Positions 26,490 through 39,836 of a stretch of 64,000 bases of DNA are shown one piece after another; position 1 is the stretch's first letter; the number at the start of each line of letters is the position of its first letter. The notes under the pieces were generated by a model that was not told the DNA's origin, made no database searches, and saw only the letters and a program-made list of their open reading frames with translations. The stretch is from Eledone cirrhosa (Eukaryota), in NCBI GenBank assembly GCA_964016885.1, contig OZ024745.1:110174001-110238000 (forward strand), read 5' to 3'. Position numbers and translations under genes: made by a program.

Positions 26490-26747
26490 AATGAGGGGGG
26501 AAGGGGTAAGGAGAGAGAGGAGATAGGTAGGAAGAGAGAGGAGAGAGAAGAGAGAGAGAGTGGAGAGAGAGAGAAGAGAGAGAGAGAGTGGAGTGAGAGA
26601 GAAGAGAGAGAGAGGAGAGAGAGAGAAGAGAGAGAGGAGAGAGAGGAGAGAGAGAGAGAGGAGAGAGGACAGAGAGAGGAGAGAGGAGAAAGAGAGGAGA
26701 GAGGAGAAAGAGGGGAGAGAGAGAGAGAGAGAGAGGAGGGAGAGAAA
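26490..26747. repeat. Polypurine (GA/GGAGA)n tract
   Basis: Directly visible. Confidence 0.95.
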
Positions 26748-26871
26748 AGTTGTAGTAGTAAATGTGCGATGTATAGTTGAACATTATAAAATGTTACTTT
26801 ACTCTAGTCTAGCCCTGATCAAGTAAACTTAGCCGTGACCATCTTTTCTTTTTAAGAGTATCTTTTTTTAA

Positions 26872-27092
26872 CCCTTCAGCATTTAAACCAGCCATATCCA
26901 GCCAGAATTCTCTCACCTCTTTCTGTTCAAACTGGCTGTAACTGGCCACTCATACTGATGTTAAGGTATTGTTCTCAAAATGAATATCATCAAAATATCA
27001 TAAATTCGATATTATGTGAGGTAATCATGTGAGATAAAGTCTTTACCACAAAAATACAATAGTATATATAGAGTAATGTAAATGCTAAAGGG
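26872..27092 (+). mobile_element. TTAA-type MITE, family A
   Basis: TTAA-CCCTTCAGCATTTA...TAAATGCTAAAGGG; collinear with the 14617 copy. Confidence 0.8.
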
Positions 27093-27627
27093 TAAGATAA
27101 TGTAGGCATTTGAGGAATATTTGGCTGTATTTCTAGCAGGTTGAATGACTACATAGAGGATCAATTAATGACACACATTATACGATATTTTAAAGTTAAA
27201 AAAATATCACCATTCCTGATCAGTCGTGATTATTTAACGCAATATATAACTGATGCGACATTTTCAAGTGCCAAACTTGTCATTTAAGATTTGATGTTTA
27301 CCTGCACCAAGACATGATGCTCACCTGCACCAGTGTCTGTTGAGGCATCTGGTGTCTTCAGATTTTGGACTCCTGTTTTTCTCCACCAAATCAAGATGAG
27401 GGAATGTACCTGGGGAAGGAGCCTTATGAAATGGAATGGCTGATGCAGAAGATATTGGCTGTTCTTTATGGCAACAGATTTCCTATCTTGTCTGATAAGC
27501 TGTTCGCCTGAAGATGTGGGTTTGTCTTTTATTGTTTTTTGTCTTTGTTATATCATCATTTTCATGTTCATTTTTCCATCCCTAATAAGGTTCTCTTCAG
27601 CACAGCTTTCACATGTTGCTTTCCTTC

Positions 27628-27809
27628 AGTGGATTGGCAGTATTGGTAGAGGGTCGAACGCCAAGCATAGAGTTACGGCCCTTGCCATTCTGAGTTCAAA
27701 TCACGCTGAGGTTAACTTTTCCTTTCATCCTTACGGGGTCGATAAAATAAAGTACCAGTAATACACTGGGATAATTGCTGGCCTTGTGTCAAAAGTAGAA
27801 ACAATTATT
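27628..27809 (+). mobile_element. tRNA-derived SINE, second family (cctttcatcc...gtcgataaaataaagtaccag)
   Basis: A-box-like TGGCAGTATTGG and B box GAGTTCAAATC; many copies in the window. Confidence 0.8.
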
Positions 27810-28282
27810 TCTTCTTTGAGATTTCATGATAGGTTTATTCCATTTCAAGCTAGGTCTTGCTCCCTTCTGCAGCTTCCTTCTACTGGGATATGCTGGCACT
27901 TATTCACTCAATGATCATCATCCATATCCTTCATGTGTCCATATCAGTACAATCTTCTCTCCTGTACACTGTAACTGATTCCTTTTACAGTCAGTTTTTC
28001 TCTCATTCATGCTTACTAGCATCTCAAAAAAGAAAATTATTTTTGAGCACTCTTAAGTCAGAGTAGTTTAAATTTATTATGACAGGAGCTAGAAGGGAGA
28101 AAGTTCAATATCTTTTTACTCTACTAAATGATTTACCAGTTTACATTTGAATGAATAATATAGTTCTTTTAGAAAAGTTCCATATCACTAGCTGCTCGTA
28201 TAATTTTGAAATTTAATATATATAACTTCTAGCAAGTCTTTCAACACACACAGATACGTGATATTTATTCAAGCAACTGATT

Positions 28283-28472
28283 AATAATTGTTTCTACTTT
28301 TGGCACAAGGCCAGCAATTACCCAGTGTATTACTGGTACTTTATTTTATCGACCCCATAAGGATGAAAGGCAAAGTTAACCTCAGCAGGATTTGAACTCA
28401 GAATGGCAAGAGCCATAACTCTATGCGTCAAAGCATGGTGTCCGACCCTCTACCGATACTGCCAATCCACCA
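28283..28472 (-). mobile_element. Second-family SINE
   Basis: Reverse complement of the 27628 copy; others at 29548-29815, 36140-36330, 41381-41568, 47235-47348, 48885-49058, 51440-51550 and 58769-58950. Confidence 0.85.
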
Positions 28473-29090
28473 CCCTATCTGATTAATAATCAGATCATTT
28501 CTAACAAGTAGGCCTCAATAAATAAATATTTACAGATTACAGGAGAAACAGTAAAAAAAAATTGAAATAATAAAAATGAAATAATTGTGATGTCAAAGAA
28601 AATATAGTGAAAATAATTCCACTTATATTAATAACATTAATTGATCTTTATTCAGTATTATTAATAACAGTAGTGAAACAGCAAATAGAAGAAAGAAATG
28701 TCAGACAAAGAGAAATTGTAATTATAAGGATTATAGCTTTTATTAATATCAATGAAAACAATTGTAGCTTGATCCAGTAATTGTTTGATTGCTAACCCTG
28801 ATTAACATTTCAGTAAAAAAAATACTACTGAAATAACATTGGAGAAATGATCAGCTTCTAAAGTCAATGTTTCTCCTGCAAGTAAAATTATAGTACGAGA
28901 GCCTCTAGGTGGTCACTAGATTTACAAGAAATAGCAGTCAAATCTACTCTAATCATACCCCATCATAAAACATTAAGAATATAAACAGAAGGAATGATCA
29001 TGGTTAGACTATATTTAATCATAGGTTTACTGAATCAGGGCAGACCTGGTAATAAACAACAACAACAGAACTACTTCTTTCCTACCATGT

Positions 29091-29425
29091 GAAGGCACAT
29101 GAAGGCTTAGTGGTTAGAGCGTTGGGCTTGCAATTGGGAGGTTGTGAGTTTGATTCTTGGACCAGGTGATGTGTTGTGTTCTTGAGCAAGACTCTTTATT
29201 TCATGTTGCTCAAGTTCACTCAGCTGTAGAAATGTGCTGCAACGTCATTAGTACCAAGCTGTATTGGCCATTGCCTTTCCCTTGGACAACATCAGTGGCA
29301 TGGAGAGGGGAGACTGGTATGCATGGGCGACTGCTGGTTTTCCACAAACAGACTTGTGCCTCAGAGGGAAACTTTCCAGGTCAAATCCCATGGTCATTCA
29401 TGACCAAAGGGGGTCTTTACCCTCT
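29091..29425 (+). mobile_element. tRNA/CORE-type SINE with alternative tail
   Basis: Same head and core as the 15892 copy; different sequence after gtagaaatg. Confidence 0.8.
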
Positions 29426-30177
29426 TGCCTACTCATTATACTATGGGTAGACACAGCATGGCTGAGTGGTTAAGAAGTTTGATTTACAACCATAATGTCT
29501 TAGGCTCAATCCCACTACATGGCATCTTCAGCAAGTGTCCTTTACTATAATTGTTTCTATTTTAGGCACAAGGCCAGCAAATACCCCAGTGCATTACTGG
29601 TACTTATTTTATCGACCCCGTAAGGATGAAAGGCAAAGTTAACCTCGGCGGGATTTCAACTCAGAATGGTAAGGGCTGTAACTCTTTGCGTCAAAGCATG
29701 GCGTGCAACCCTCTACCGATACTGCCAATCTCCCGCCCTTTATTTAAATCAAGGGACGTAACTCTATGCTTCAAAGCATGGTGTCCGACTCTCTACCGAT
29801 ACTGCCAATCCACCGCGCACTGTCCTTTACTATAATAGCCTTGAATAAAATTGTGTAGTCAGAAACTTTTTGGAAGCCAGGTGGATGGACTGTGTCCATA
29901 ATTCAAAGAGTCAGCCTTGTCACACACTGTCATGTTGGATCTGCCTGAGAATTATCTTCAGGGTACAAATGCCTGTGGAATTCTCAGTCATATACATATA
30001 TATGTATATACATATATATACACATGCATATATATATATATACTTATACACACACGCATACTTATACACGCACACACACACATACCTATATACACACAGA
30101 CACACACATACTTATACACACACATATACTTATACACACACACACACACACATACTTATACACACACATACACTTAT

Positions 30178-30211
<34 letters not shown>

Positions 30212-30212
30212 C

Positions 30213-30660
30213 TAGGGCGGGTAAAATTCCCGAGATCCATTGACGAGTTCTCTCCAGCGGTCTCTGTCCCTCATTATCGCTGCCATATCCTGCGTCTCCA
30301 ACAGACCAGTGTCTGTCCTTAGGGCATCAACATACATTAGCCTTGGTCTTCCTCTTTCAGTGTGTCCATGCAGGTGCTCCCACAGGAGCACTGAGTGCAA
30401 TGTCAACTCTGAATGTCGGTGAGCATGTCCAGCTAACCTCAGTCTCCTCTGTGTCACTTTTGAGCTGACTTTTGGGAGGCTCCCATACAGCTCTGAGTTT
30501 TTCATCCTCAGTGTATACTGATTGATGTTCAGAGCCATCCTCAGCATTCTCGTGTAGCACCCATCCACCATCTGAGTGAGTTTCTTGGTCAGTGTCCAAG
30601 TCTCAGACCCATACAGCAGCACAGACTCCACTACAGCAATGAAGAGGCGGATTTCTACTT
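30213..30660 (-). mobile_element. RTE-clade LINE 3' fragment (second family)
   Basis: ESVLLYGSETWTLT...YTRMLRMAL...RRLRLAGH...RGRP...DRDRWR. Confidence 0.88.
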
Positions 30661-30957
30661 GATTCCTAACACCAACCTCATTTACAGTGAGTGCCGGGTG
30701 CTTTTTTTCTGTGGCACCTACACATCCACTTTTCAGTGTGGGCTGGATGCTTTTTTGCCATGGCACCTCCACGGCGACTTCGCAGTGGAATGATAGGGAC
30801 CCCAGTCCTATCATCTCATTTCTACAGCTGAGTAAACTGGAACAATGTGAAATAAAGTGTCTTGCTCAAGGAAACAACACATCACCCAGTCCGGGAATCG
30901 AACTCACAACCTTTCGATTGCAAGCCCAATGCTCTAATCACTAAGACATGTGCCTTC
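30661..30957 (-). mobile_element. tRNA/CORE-type SINE, tail truncated at the RTE fragment
   Basis: Reverse complement of the 15892/60251 type. Confidence 0.85.
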
Positions 30958-31055
30958 ACACACTCATATATATATACATATACACACACATACTTATATA
31001 TACATATACACACACATACTTATATATACACACATATATATACATACAGATATCT

Positions 31056-31397
31056 ATCATCATCATCATCATTTCATTTTACGTCCACTTTTCCCTGCTT
31101 GCAAGGGTGGGACGGGAACTGATTCTGGCTTGATTTCTACAGCTGGATGCCCTTCCTAACACCAACCTCATTTACAGTGAGTGGTGGGTGCTTTTTTGCC
31201 GTGGCACCTCCACGACCACTTTGCAGTGGAATGATAGGGACCCCAGTCCCTATCATCTCATTTCTACAGCTGAGTAAACTGGAGCAATGTGAAATAAAGT
31301 GTCTTGCTCAAGGAAACAACACATCACCCGGTCTGAGAATTGAACTCACAACCTTTCGATTGCAAGGCCAATGCTCTAACCACTAAGCCATGTGCCC
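31056..31397 (-). mobile_element. Full-length tRNA/CORE-type SINE with RTE tail
   Basis: Near-identical reverse complement of 60251-60595. Confidence 0.9.
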
Positions 31398-31461
31398 CCT
31401 ATATATATATATATGCACACACATATATACACACATATATAAACTTATATATATATACATA

Positions 31462-31766
31462 TATAATAGAAGAAAGAAGGAGGAAGTTTCGTTTATATAT
31501 TTATTGTGTATCGACCAGTTATGGCTCAAGGTAACCCATGAGAGTTATGGACCAGTATTGATTTGCTCGTCAGACTGGTGATTTGACAAACAAATATATG
31601 GGTTACCTTGAGCCAATCCTCTGTGAAACATGCATAACAGGCTGATACACAAATATTTTTATATGTAAACAAAACTTGCACGTTTTTTTCTATTATATAC
31701 ACTTTGCCTGTGCAGAGAGTGCTTGATTTGTTACCAACACCAGTAATTCACAGTACTACCTACAGT
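31462..31766. mobile_element. Short inverted PLE-like remnant with split hammerhead
   Basis: Imperfect inverted arms (ggctcaaggtaacccat/atgggttaccttgagcc); CTGACGA on the minus arm and GAAAC..TA on the plus arm; TA-rich flanks. Confidence 0.6.
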
Positions 31767-31779
31767 ATATATATACTTA

Positions 31780-33034
31780 TATCATCATCATCATCATCAA
31801 CGTTTAACGTCCGTGTTCCACGCTTGCATGGGTTTGGACGGGGGTAGTCCCACTTGAGGCAAGAGTGATTGTCTTGCTCGCATAGGACTGTCTGGCAGGT
31901 TTTCTACAGTTGGATGCCCTTCCTAACACCAACCACATTTACAGTGTGGGTCTGGGAGGTTTTTACCGTGTTGCCTACACGGCCACATTACAGCGTGGAC
32001 TGTGTGTTTTTTTGTCGTGACACCTACACGATCTCATTTGTTTCGGCCCGGATGGCGCGGCACCAACATAACTTTACATAGGACGGGGTGGTGTGGATGG
32101 GGTGGGGGTGGTGGTGGTGGGACGGGGTGTATTTTGTTAGAGATGCCTACTGGCAAGGCGGGTCTTCTCTGTTACTGAGTACCGCCAAAGGTCTCGGTCC
32201 AGTGACATTGTCTTGGAGAGGTGTAAGTGTGTGAGGTCGGAGTTTATCAGCTCGTCCCAGGTTTTTCTAGGTCTGCCTATTCCGTGGCTACCGTCTATCT
32301 TTATTGCCCTGCACTTTGTTATACAGCTATCGACTTTCATGCGCATCACGTGTCCATACCAACGTAGCCTTCTCTCGAGTAAACAACATCTGATCCCTCT
32401 TATCTCTAATTTTTTCCTTAGTTCGTTTATGCTTTGCCGTTCACGTATATTACTGTTACACATCCAGCGGAGCATGCAAGCTTCGTTCCTCTCTAGTCTG
32501 CGTATATCCTCTGCACACAATGCCCAGGTCTCACTGCCATGCAACATTGCTGTTCGTATGCAGGCATCGTACAACCTGCCTTTCATTTTTAGGGAGAACC
32601 CTTTAGCAGCTAATAGTGGTATAAGCTCTCTGAACTTTTTCCAACCAGTTCTGACTCTAGCTACAGTACTTTCAGAGCACCCTCCCCCACTGCTGATTTT
32701 ATCGCCCAGGTAACGGAAGCTGTCCACTATTTCTATAGAACCCTCTGCGCAATTGAAAGAGCTAGTATTGTGTGGGCACTTGCTGCTACTTATTGCACCA
32801 GAACACCGGCCACATGTAAAATCTATGTTCTTAGTTAGCTTACCTGTGATCCCACTACATCTTTTATGCACCCATACTTTGCATTTAGGACACAAAATGG
32901 AGTTTCTACCTACGCCTTTCCTACACACCGAGCACGACCATTTCCCAGAAGGGACCGCCGCCTTGTTTTCTTTCCTACAAACTAGAACTTTGGTCTTAGC
33001 CAGGTTAATTTTAAGTCCTTTTGACTCTAGGCCG
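31780..33034 (-). mobile_element. RTE LINE, 5'-truncated, with 3' UTR and (GAT)n tail
   Basis: Uninterrupted frame LESKGLKINLAKTK...FRYLGD...MLHGSETW...RRLRWYGHV...GRPRKTW; ends in (GAT)n; 5' end abuts (TA)n. Confidence 0.93.
32137..33030 (-). pseudogene. RTE ORF C-terminal part with PHD-like finger
   Basis: CSVC-x10-CPKC-x4-HKRC-x14-CGRC between the RT KTK and YLG motifs. Confidence 0.85.
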
Positions 33035-33094
33035 TTATATATATATATATATATATATAATGTATATATGTATACATATAATGTCTATGTATAT

Positions 33095-33255
33095 AATTTA
33101 TGTATGCATATAATGTATATAATATATGTATGTATACATATAACGTATATAATATATGTATGTATACATATAATGTATATAATATATGTATGTATACATA
33201 TAACGTATATAATATATGTATGTATACATATAATGTATATAATATATATGTATGT
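33095..33255. repeat. 30-bp AT-rich tandem repeat
   Basis: tataatgtatataatatatgtatgtataca, about 5 copies. Confidence 0.9.
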
Positions 33256-33285
33256 ATATATATATATATAAGTATATATAAGTAT

Positions 33286-33461
33286 AAATGAGATGATAGG
33301 GACCCCAGTCCCTATCATCTCATTTCTACAGCTGAGTAAACTGGAGCAATGTGAAATAAAGTGTCTTGCTCAAGGAAACAACACATTACCCGGTCTGAGA
33401 ATTGAACTCACAACCTTTCGATTGCAAGGCCAATGCTCTAACCACTAACCCATGTGCCTCC
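33286..33461 (-). mobile_element. tRNA/CORE-type SINE truncated at its internal hairpin
   Basis: Matches 31230-31397. Confidence 0.88.
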
Positions 33462-33554
<93 letters not shown>

Positions 33555-34706
33555 TATGTATACATACATAGATTATATACATAGGCATTATATGTATACA
33601 TACATATATACATATACATTATATATATATAAGATCATGGTTAGATGAATGACTTATGGTTTCTAAACTCGTTGGTATCCAATATAAGGTCTTTAAAATC
33701 AGATAGATTTTCTTATTGTCCCATATGTGGGATTCAAAAATATGGATAAAAGAAAATAAGACAACAACCCTCTACCAGAAATAAATCAACTCTGAGAAAA
33801 AGAAATGAACTTTAGAGGTTATTACTAAACTTGATTTTAAGGGTTGTTGTGTTTTTTTTTCACTTCTATAAAAACAAATACTTGTTTTTTATATATTTGA
33901 ATTTTTCTAAAAACTTGAAAATAAGAAAAAAAAAGTAAACTGAGACCTTTGAATCATAACTCATTACAAAAAAAAAAAAATAAAAATGGAAATAAATGGT
34001 TTCCTTATTTGTTTTTACAAGTAATACATAATAAGAATACCAGTATATTTTTTTTTTTTTTGGCTTAAGAATGCACATAAAAAGGTAGATAAATCTATCA
34101 ACAAATATAAACTGTTAATTTGATATATTTATACAACGGCAACTCACCACAGCAATTTATATATAAAATTCAGCACTGCTAAGATGCAGTCAGCTGCAAA
34201 CCTGACATTTGATTTAAATCACTGAAGGATACAAGCACACAGAAAATTTCATTCAATATAGAATTGTAAAATCACTGCCAGAAAATATGATATATCATAT
34301 TATGGCAATAAAAACTGCAATAACTGACTGTGGTGACATATAAACTGTTCGATTAATGGCAATATAGAGAGTGATCTTCAGTCAAATAATTCTCTCACCC
34401 ACCACTTTTTTTTTAACTTCTGATATCTCCAACTGTTTAAACTGCAAAGCAATTCACAATAATTTTGACATATATTTTGGTTGTATGTACATCTTTCCAA
34501 GAAATATTTACTATAGAGAAGTGAATATACCCCAAACAGTAGACCAATGAATGAAGAGTAGTAGCAATATTTATATTGGTTTTTAATTCCAAACATGTTG
34601 CTCAGGTTCACTCAGCTGAAATTAAGTACCAGTGACATAATGGGTTAACCTTGTGACATACAGGTATCTTGTCTAGAGAGAGGTGGTATTTTCAATTACT
34701 TAACAC

Positions 34707-34866
34707 CAGTGCTGGATTTAGGACAAATGAGACCCTGTGTTAATTAAGTTATGAGGCCCCTTACTTGGGCTCTGAAGGAGGTAACTCATCGTAAAAAAAT
34801 GTTTGGCAGGAAGATGGGTCCTCCTGTGCTTAAGTCCACCTAAGCACAATGGTAAATCTGGCACTG
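34707..34866. mobile_element. hAT-type MITE
   Basis: TIRs CAGTGCTGGATTTA/TAAATCTGGCACTG; exact 8-bp TSD CTTAACAC at 34699-34706 and 34867-34874. Confidence 0.88.
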
Positions 34867-36587
34867 CTTAACACCTATGAAACAGGGATAAGCTCCTGGT
34901 TTCATCTAACTATGTAAACTCGAAAAAATAGATCGTTATCATCATCATTTTATGTCTACTTTCCTCACTGGCATGGATTGGATGGGTTGTCACACTTTGA
35001 GACGAGACAGATCAGAATGACCAATATTGCATGTTACATATTTGGCAGTGTTTCTCTGACTGGATGTCCTTCCTGACACCAACATGTTACAACATGTGCT
35101 GGGTCTGTTTTTCATGACACCAGAAATATCCTTTTAAAGAGAGGACTAGGTGCATTTTATCATGGTACCAACACTAACACTTTACAGAGTGTATTTGTTG
35201 CATTTTATTGTGGCCTCAACACTAGAGGGGTTGTCACATGCTTTAGGCCAGACTGGATGTAAAACAATAACTCATAACTAATGTTTGATTCATACTATTG
35301 TTTACACTCCTACTGTACAAGTGCCTTGCCCTATGTAAGAAGTCAGTATAGGTTAGATCAATATTTATCATTGATTTGTTTTTAAAATAGATTTTAGATC
35401 AAGTGTATGACCTTACAGCACAGATGAATTATTATAAATGTTCTTATCCCATTCAAAAAGAATATATTTAATACATTTAAAATGTATTGAGTCCTTGAAT
35501 CCCTCAGTGACTTTTTTTCTGTTGAAAATTAAACAGAAAGCAAAATGTGTGTGTGCAAAAGTGTGTCTTATGCTAATGTGTTATATCTGCAAGAAAGTGA
35601 GAAAACCAGGTCTTTACAAACGAGATATTTGACTGTTACTCTTGTCATCAGAAGTACAGTGAACTGCTGATTAATCTAATGGAAACACATAACCAACAAT
35701 GTTATTGTCCATAAATTGCAAAATAAAATAAATATGTGTAAATAAGTGATTAGAGATCAACCAGAAAATAGGCTTAGGTGTCATGGATATTTTTTAATAT
35801 GAAAGACTATCAAAGAAAAATATATAGAAATGATAAGGATGTCTAAGCATAAATTACTGTTTATGTAATGCAGAAAGACATGCAATACGTAAAGATTAAC
35901 ATGTAATGAAAGATGCTTGTTATTAAAAGGAACAAATACCTACACTTACATAATGAAAATGATACTAAGTAATTATACTGTGATGGGTTCTACATCAGGT
36001 TTATTATCAAGTAAGTGTATTGAAGATAATACTATGACATTGCTGGACAAAATGTATTATAATACAGAATATATGAAATATTTCTGCAGTCTCTGCATTG
36101 CAAGACTGGTTGCAATTGGGCAGTCCTTGAAATATAATATAAAGGCCAACAATTTTGGGGGAAAGGAAAAGTCAATTAAATCGACCCCAGTGCATTACTG
36201 GTACTTTATTTATCGACCCTGTAAGGATGAAAAGCATAACTAACCTCAGCAGGATTTGAACTCAGAACGTAAAGGGTTGTAACTCTATGCAGCCAGGCAT
36301 GTTGTCTTATGCTCTACTGATACTGCCAAATGCCAGCAGCTCAGTTGGCTAGGTCATGTATTAGGACATGATATTAAAGTCTGTCTTATGTAAAATAGAA
36401 GCCAAGATAGTGAAACAGAACAGCTGGAGATGAGCTTAGAGGAATGCATCTTATATGGGACAATGCACAGGATTGCTAAAGACCCATTTGAATGACGTCT
36501 AATCATCAAAATATTCTTTCTCAAAGAGGAAGAAGGTAATTAATAATAGTGATATAAAGATAATAGTGTTTCTCTAATCACCGATAC

Positions 36588-36924
36588 ATTTTTTTTAGAA
36601 CACTTTCAAATATACAGTTAATGTGGTGTGGTAAAAAAATATATACATATACACCAGGTCGGAACACAATGTAACCAAACTCTCACTGTCACTGCCTCTG
36701 TCTCGCTCCCCATCTCTCACTATTGTGTGCAAATAGGGGCCCCACACACTAGCCACCCCGCAGCCCAAGTGGACAGAATAGAGAAGGCATTTCCCTAGGA
36801 GATGATGAGGCTGGTGAAGAGCCATTCCAGCTCACGATGCTCACACATGTGCGTAACTAATGATGTGCCAATGGTGGTGAGTAGGGAGGTGGCCCTAGGA
36901 CCAAGGACACCAAAAGTCTCCACT
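36588..36924 (-). mobile_element. CRE-like 3' fragment, second copy
   Basis: Collinear with 22715-23006; short A-tail on the minus strand. Confidence 0.7.
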
Positions 36925-39539
36925 AATTAAGATAAAGTTTTCAGAAACAACTTTGTTTTGTTTTTCTTGAGCACTAGACATAACACAATGTGCCCAGATT
37001 AACACAACCAACTAGCTTATGGTGGTGTTTAGTGCATAATCTCTGGTTCAAGTATTCCAACCAGGCTTCTAGCAGGGTTTTATCAGGATTTCAATGTGTA
37101 CAATTACCCTCTACATTTCTCCATGTGCTAAAAATTAAATCTAAACTATCTAGACAATCCTTCATCTTTTTTTAGTATCTTCCTGCCATTCATCTCTCTC
37201 AGCTCTGAGGGAACTATTACATACAAATCGACAAAGAAAGGAATGCTACATTCTCTGTTAATTTCAATAATGAGCATTCAGTTGTTTGATCATTTGAACA
37301 GCCAATTTGTAAATGGCTGAGTATCCCACAGACACGTGTACCCATAACATAAATGCCAAGCCAATCAGAGAGGTAATATTTAGCAAAGTTGGACCTTTTA
37401 ATTATGGGTATCTATTGCACAGGCTTCTTAACATTTTCTGCCAATCTAATTTCACTAACAAGGCTAGAGTCAATCCAAGGTTTACAGTAAAGTCACTTGC
37501 ACAAGATGCTTTGCAGTAGGATTGAACTCAGGACCTCATAATAGTGAAATATGTGCCTACTAGCTAATTCATCATCACTTTCCCTGCTAGCAAGGGTTGA
37601 GTCAGTACTCAAGCAGAGCTACTAACCTCTTAGATGGTCTAGTGGGACAACACGTTGCTTACATACAATCCTACCCTCTCCCATGTCCATGGAACCAGGA
37701 TGAGAGAGGTTGTCATGTCTTTGACACAGTTGAAGACTCCTCCTGACCCTTTGTTTGACAGGTTTTCTCTAGCTGGATGCCTTTACTATCCTGATCAGCA
37801 TAGTAATATTTTCAAAGTTTCATCTTTATGACTTACTAATAAAAAAAAACAACATGATGTGATCCATTTATAATAGAGAATCTGAGACAATATTTTATCC
37901 ACACTCTATCATCAAGGAGTTAGATAAAAAATCATAGCAAAATACTAAACTACAAAATATTTATACAATATCCCTTACAAATTATTGTAAACACTTTAAA
38001 ATGAAATATTCTTTCGATTATTAAGAAGTGCATATCTAAATCCCCTAGGATATAAAGACAAATATAATTTGAAATTATTTATCTGCAAATCAAACTATAA
38101 CGGAAAATGTAATGTTAGAAGTACCAACTGAGATATTTTAAATATTAACAAAGAAAACAAACCACTTAACCATTGTTGACATGGGTTTATGTCATTACTT
38201 CTCAGATTTTCTTTGAAGTTAAAAATATTCTGCTTCTCCTACATTTTGTAATTTTTCAGAAGCTTCCACTGCTGTTTCTGCTACAACAACAATAATACTT
38301 TTGTTGATAATGCTTACTGTGGTGGTGGTGATGATGATGATGATGATAAATATTTATGCAAAGAATTTAAATGGTCTGTCATTGATTCTTCAAATGTCTT
38401 GTTAGCAAGCTGTAATGCAGAAATTTGTAAATATCGTTTTAGTTCTACAAATAAGAACTTTCAAGCATATTTATAAAACAAATTTACCACATGGGGACAG
38501 TTTAGTGACAAGAGATTGGTTACACATACTGATGCTGAACACAGTGGAATGTGAGAGAAAAAGGAGAAAAAACATGAATGAATGAATAAAAATACAACTG
38601 AATAGTTTAAACTAGGCTTTTTAAATGGAGACAATCTATTACAAAGATGATTTGGTTGTAAAGGTATAGTTAACTCACAAGATCATTGATGCTTTTAGGA
38701 TTCCACTGCAAAAGCATACTTGCAAGTAAAGAATAGTTCTGTGATTAGGTACCATAGTTAATACATAAGATACAGACCCCCCCCCCCCCCAACCCCATAG
38801 AATGTAGAGTATTTTCAAAGAAAAATACTACTGATATATATTAAGAAAACCAGTAAAGTCAACCATTGAAAAGAAGTGAAACATCACCAAATAAGAAGAA
38901 AGTGAATGAAAGTGTCCACTAAAACAGATGGTAAACAACAAAATAACAAGTCTTAACTATCAAGAGATAGAAATGTGTTGTAAAGTAAATTCAATTGTCT
39001 AATGGAGAAAAACTACACTGTAACTAGAATAAAACAAACAAAAAATGCTTAGATTTCGTTTGAATTTCTGAGATGATGAATTATTATCATTTTTTTTTCT
39101 CTTTTTGAGGCCAGTTTCTTCATCTTGGCTGATATAATCACAACATTTGAATATTCTCTTTCTTCAGTTGCCAGTTGTGTAATTTGTTTTTTACTTTTTA
39201 GAGATTGTGTCCTTATCTTGTTTGTTATAATCACAATATTTTGGCTGTTGTACCCTTCTTCAGTTGCCTGTTGTGTATGGTAATGTTCTTAATAATTTTA
39301 ACTAAACCCTTTATTCAAATGATGTAGTTAGATTGTTCTCATTCCATTGATGATGCTTGGAATATGCTTGTATTAGTTAATTACGTATTTGTCATGTCAG
39401 TTCTACTTAAACTAGAGTAACCCAAGGACTGAAAACATAACCAACATATAAACAAGTCCTCTTAACACTTAACCCATAATTATATTGATTATGCTATTGT
39501 CCTTTGAGACAACTATGCGCTGGAAATTAGGAGCTTTAA

Positions 39540-39824
39540 ATCTAATTCTAAATTAATGAGTTTCATAATCGGCAACACATTGTGACCATGAGCAAAACAC
39601 ATTATTTCACATTGTTTCAATCCAGTCAGCTGGCAAAAGTGAGTTATGCCTGTAATTCGAAGGTCAGCCTTCTCACATTCTGTGTCACACTGAATCTTCC
39701 TGTGAATTGCATTGAAAGTACATGTGTCTGCGGAATGCTCAGCCACTTGCACGTTAATTTCATGAGCAGGCTGTTCCATTGACTGAATCAGCTACAACAC
39801 TCGTCGTAACTGACAGAGTGCTAG
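39540..39824 (+). mobile_element. CORE-type SINE with a further tail variant
   Basis: tgagcaaaacacattatttcacattg core; related minus-strand piece at 37285-37420. Confidence 0.6.
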
Positions 39825-39836
39825 TTATATATAATA

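Noticed and set aside
32213-32713. Plus-strand 166-aa ORF (also 61141-61587)
   Set aside because: Antisense shadow of the RTE ORF.
39135-39280. Diverged ~90-bp tandem duplication (tataatcacaa...cttcagttgcc)
   Set aside because: Two decayed copies only; no structure or coding evidence.
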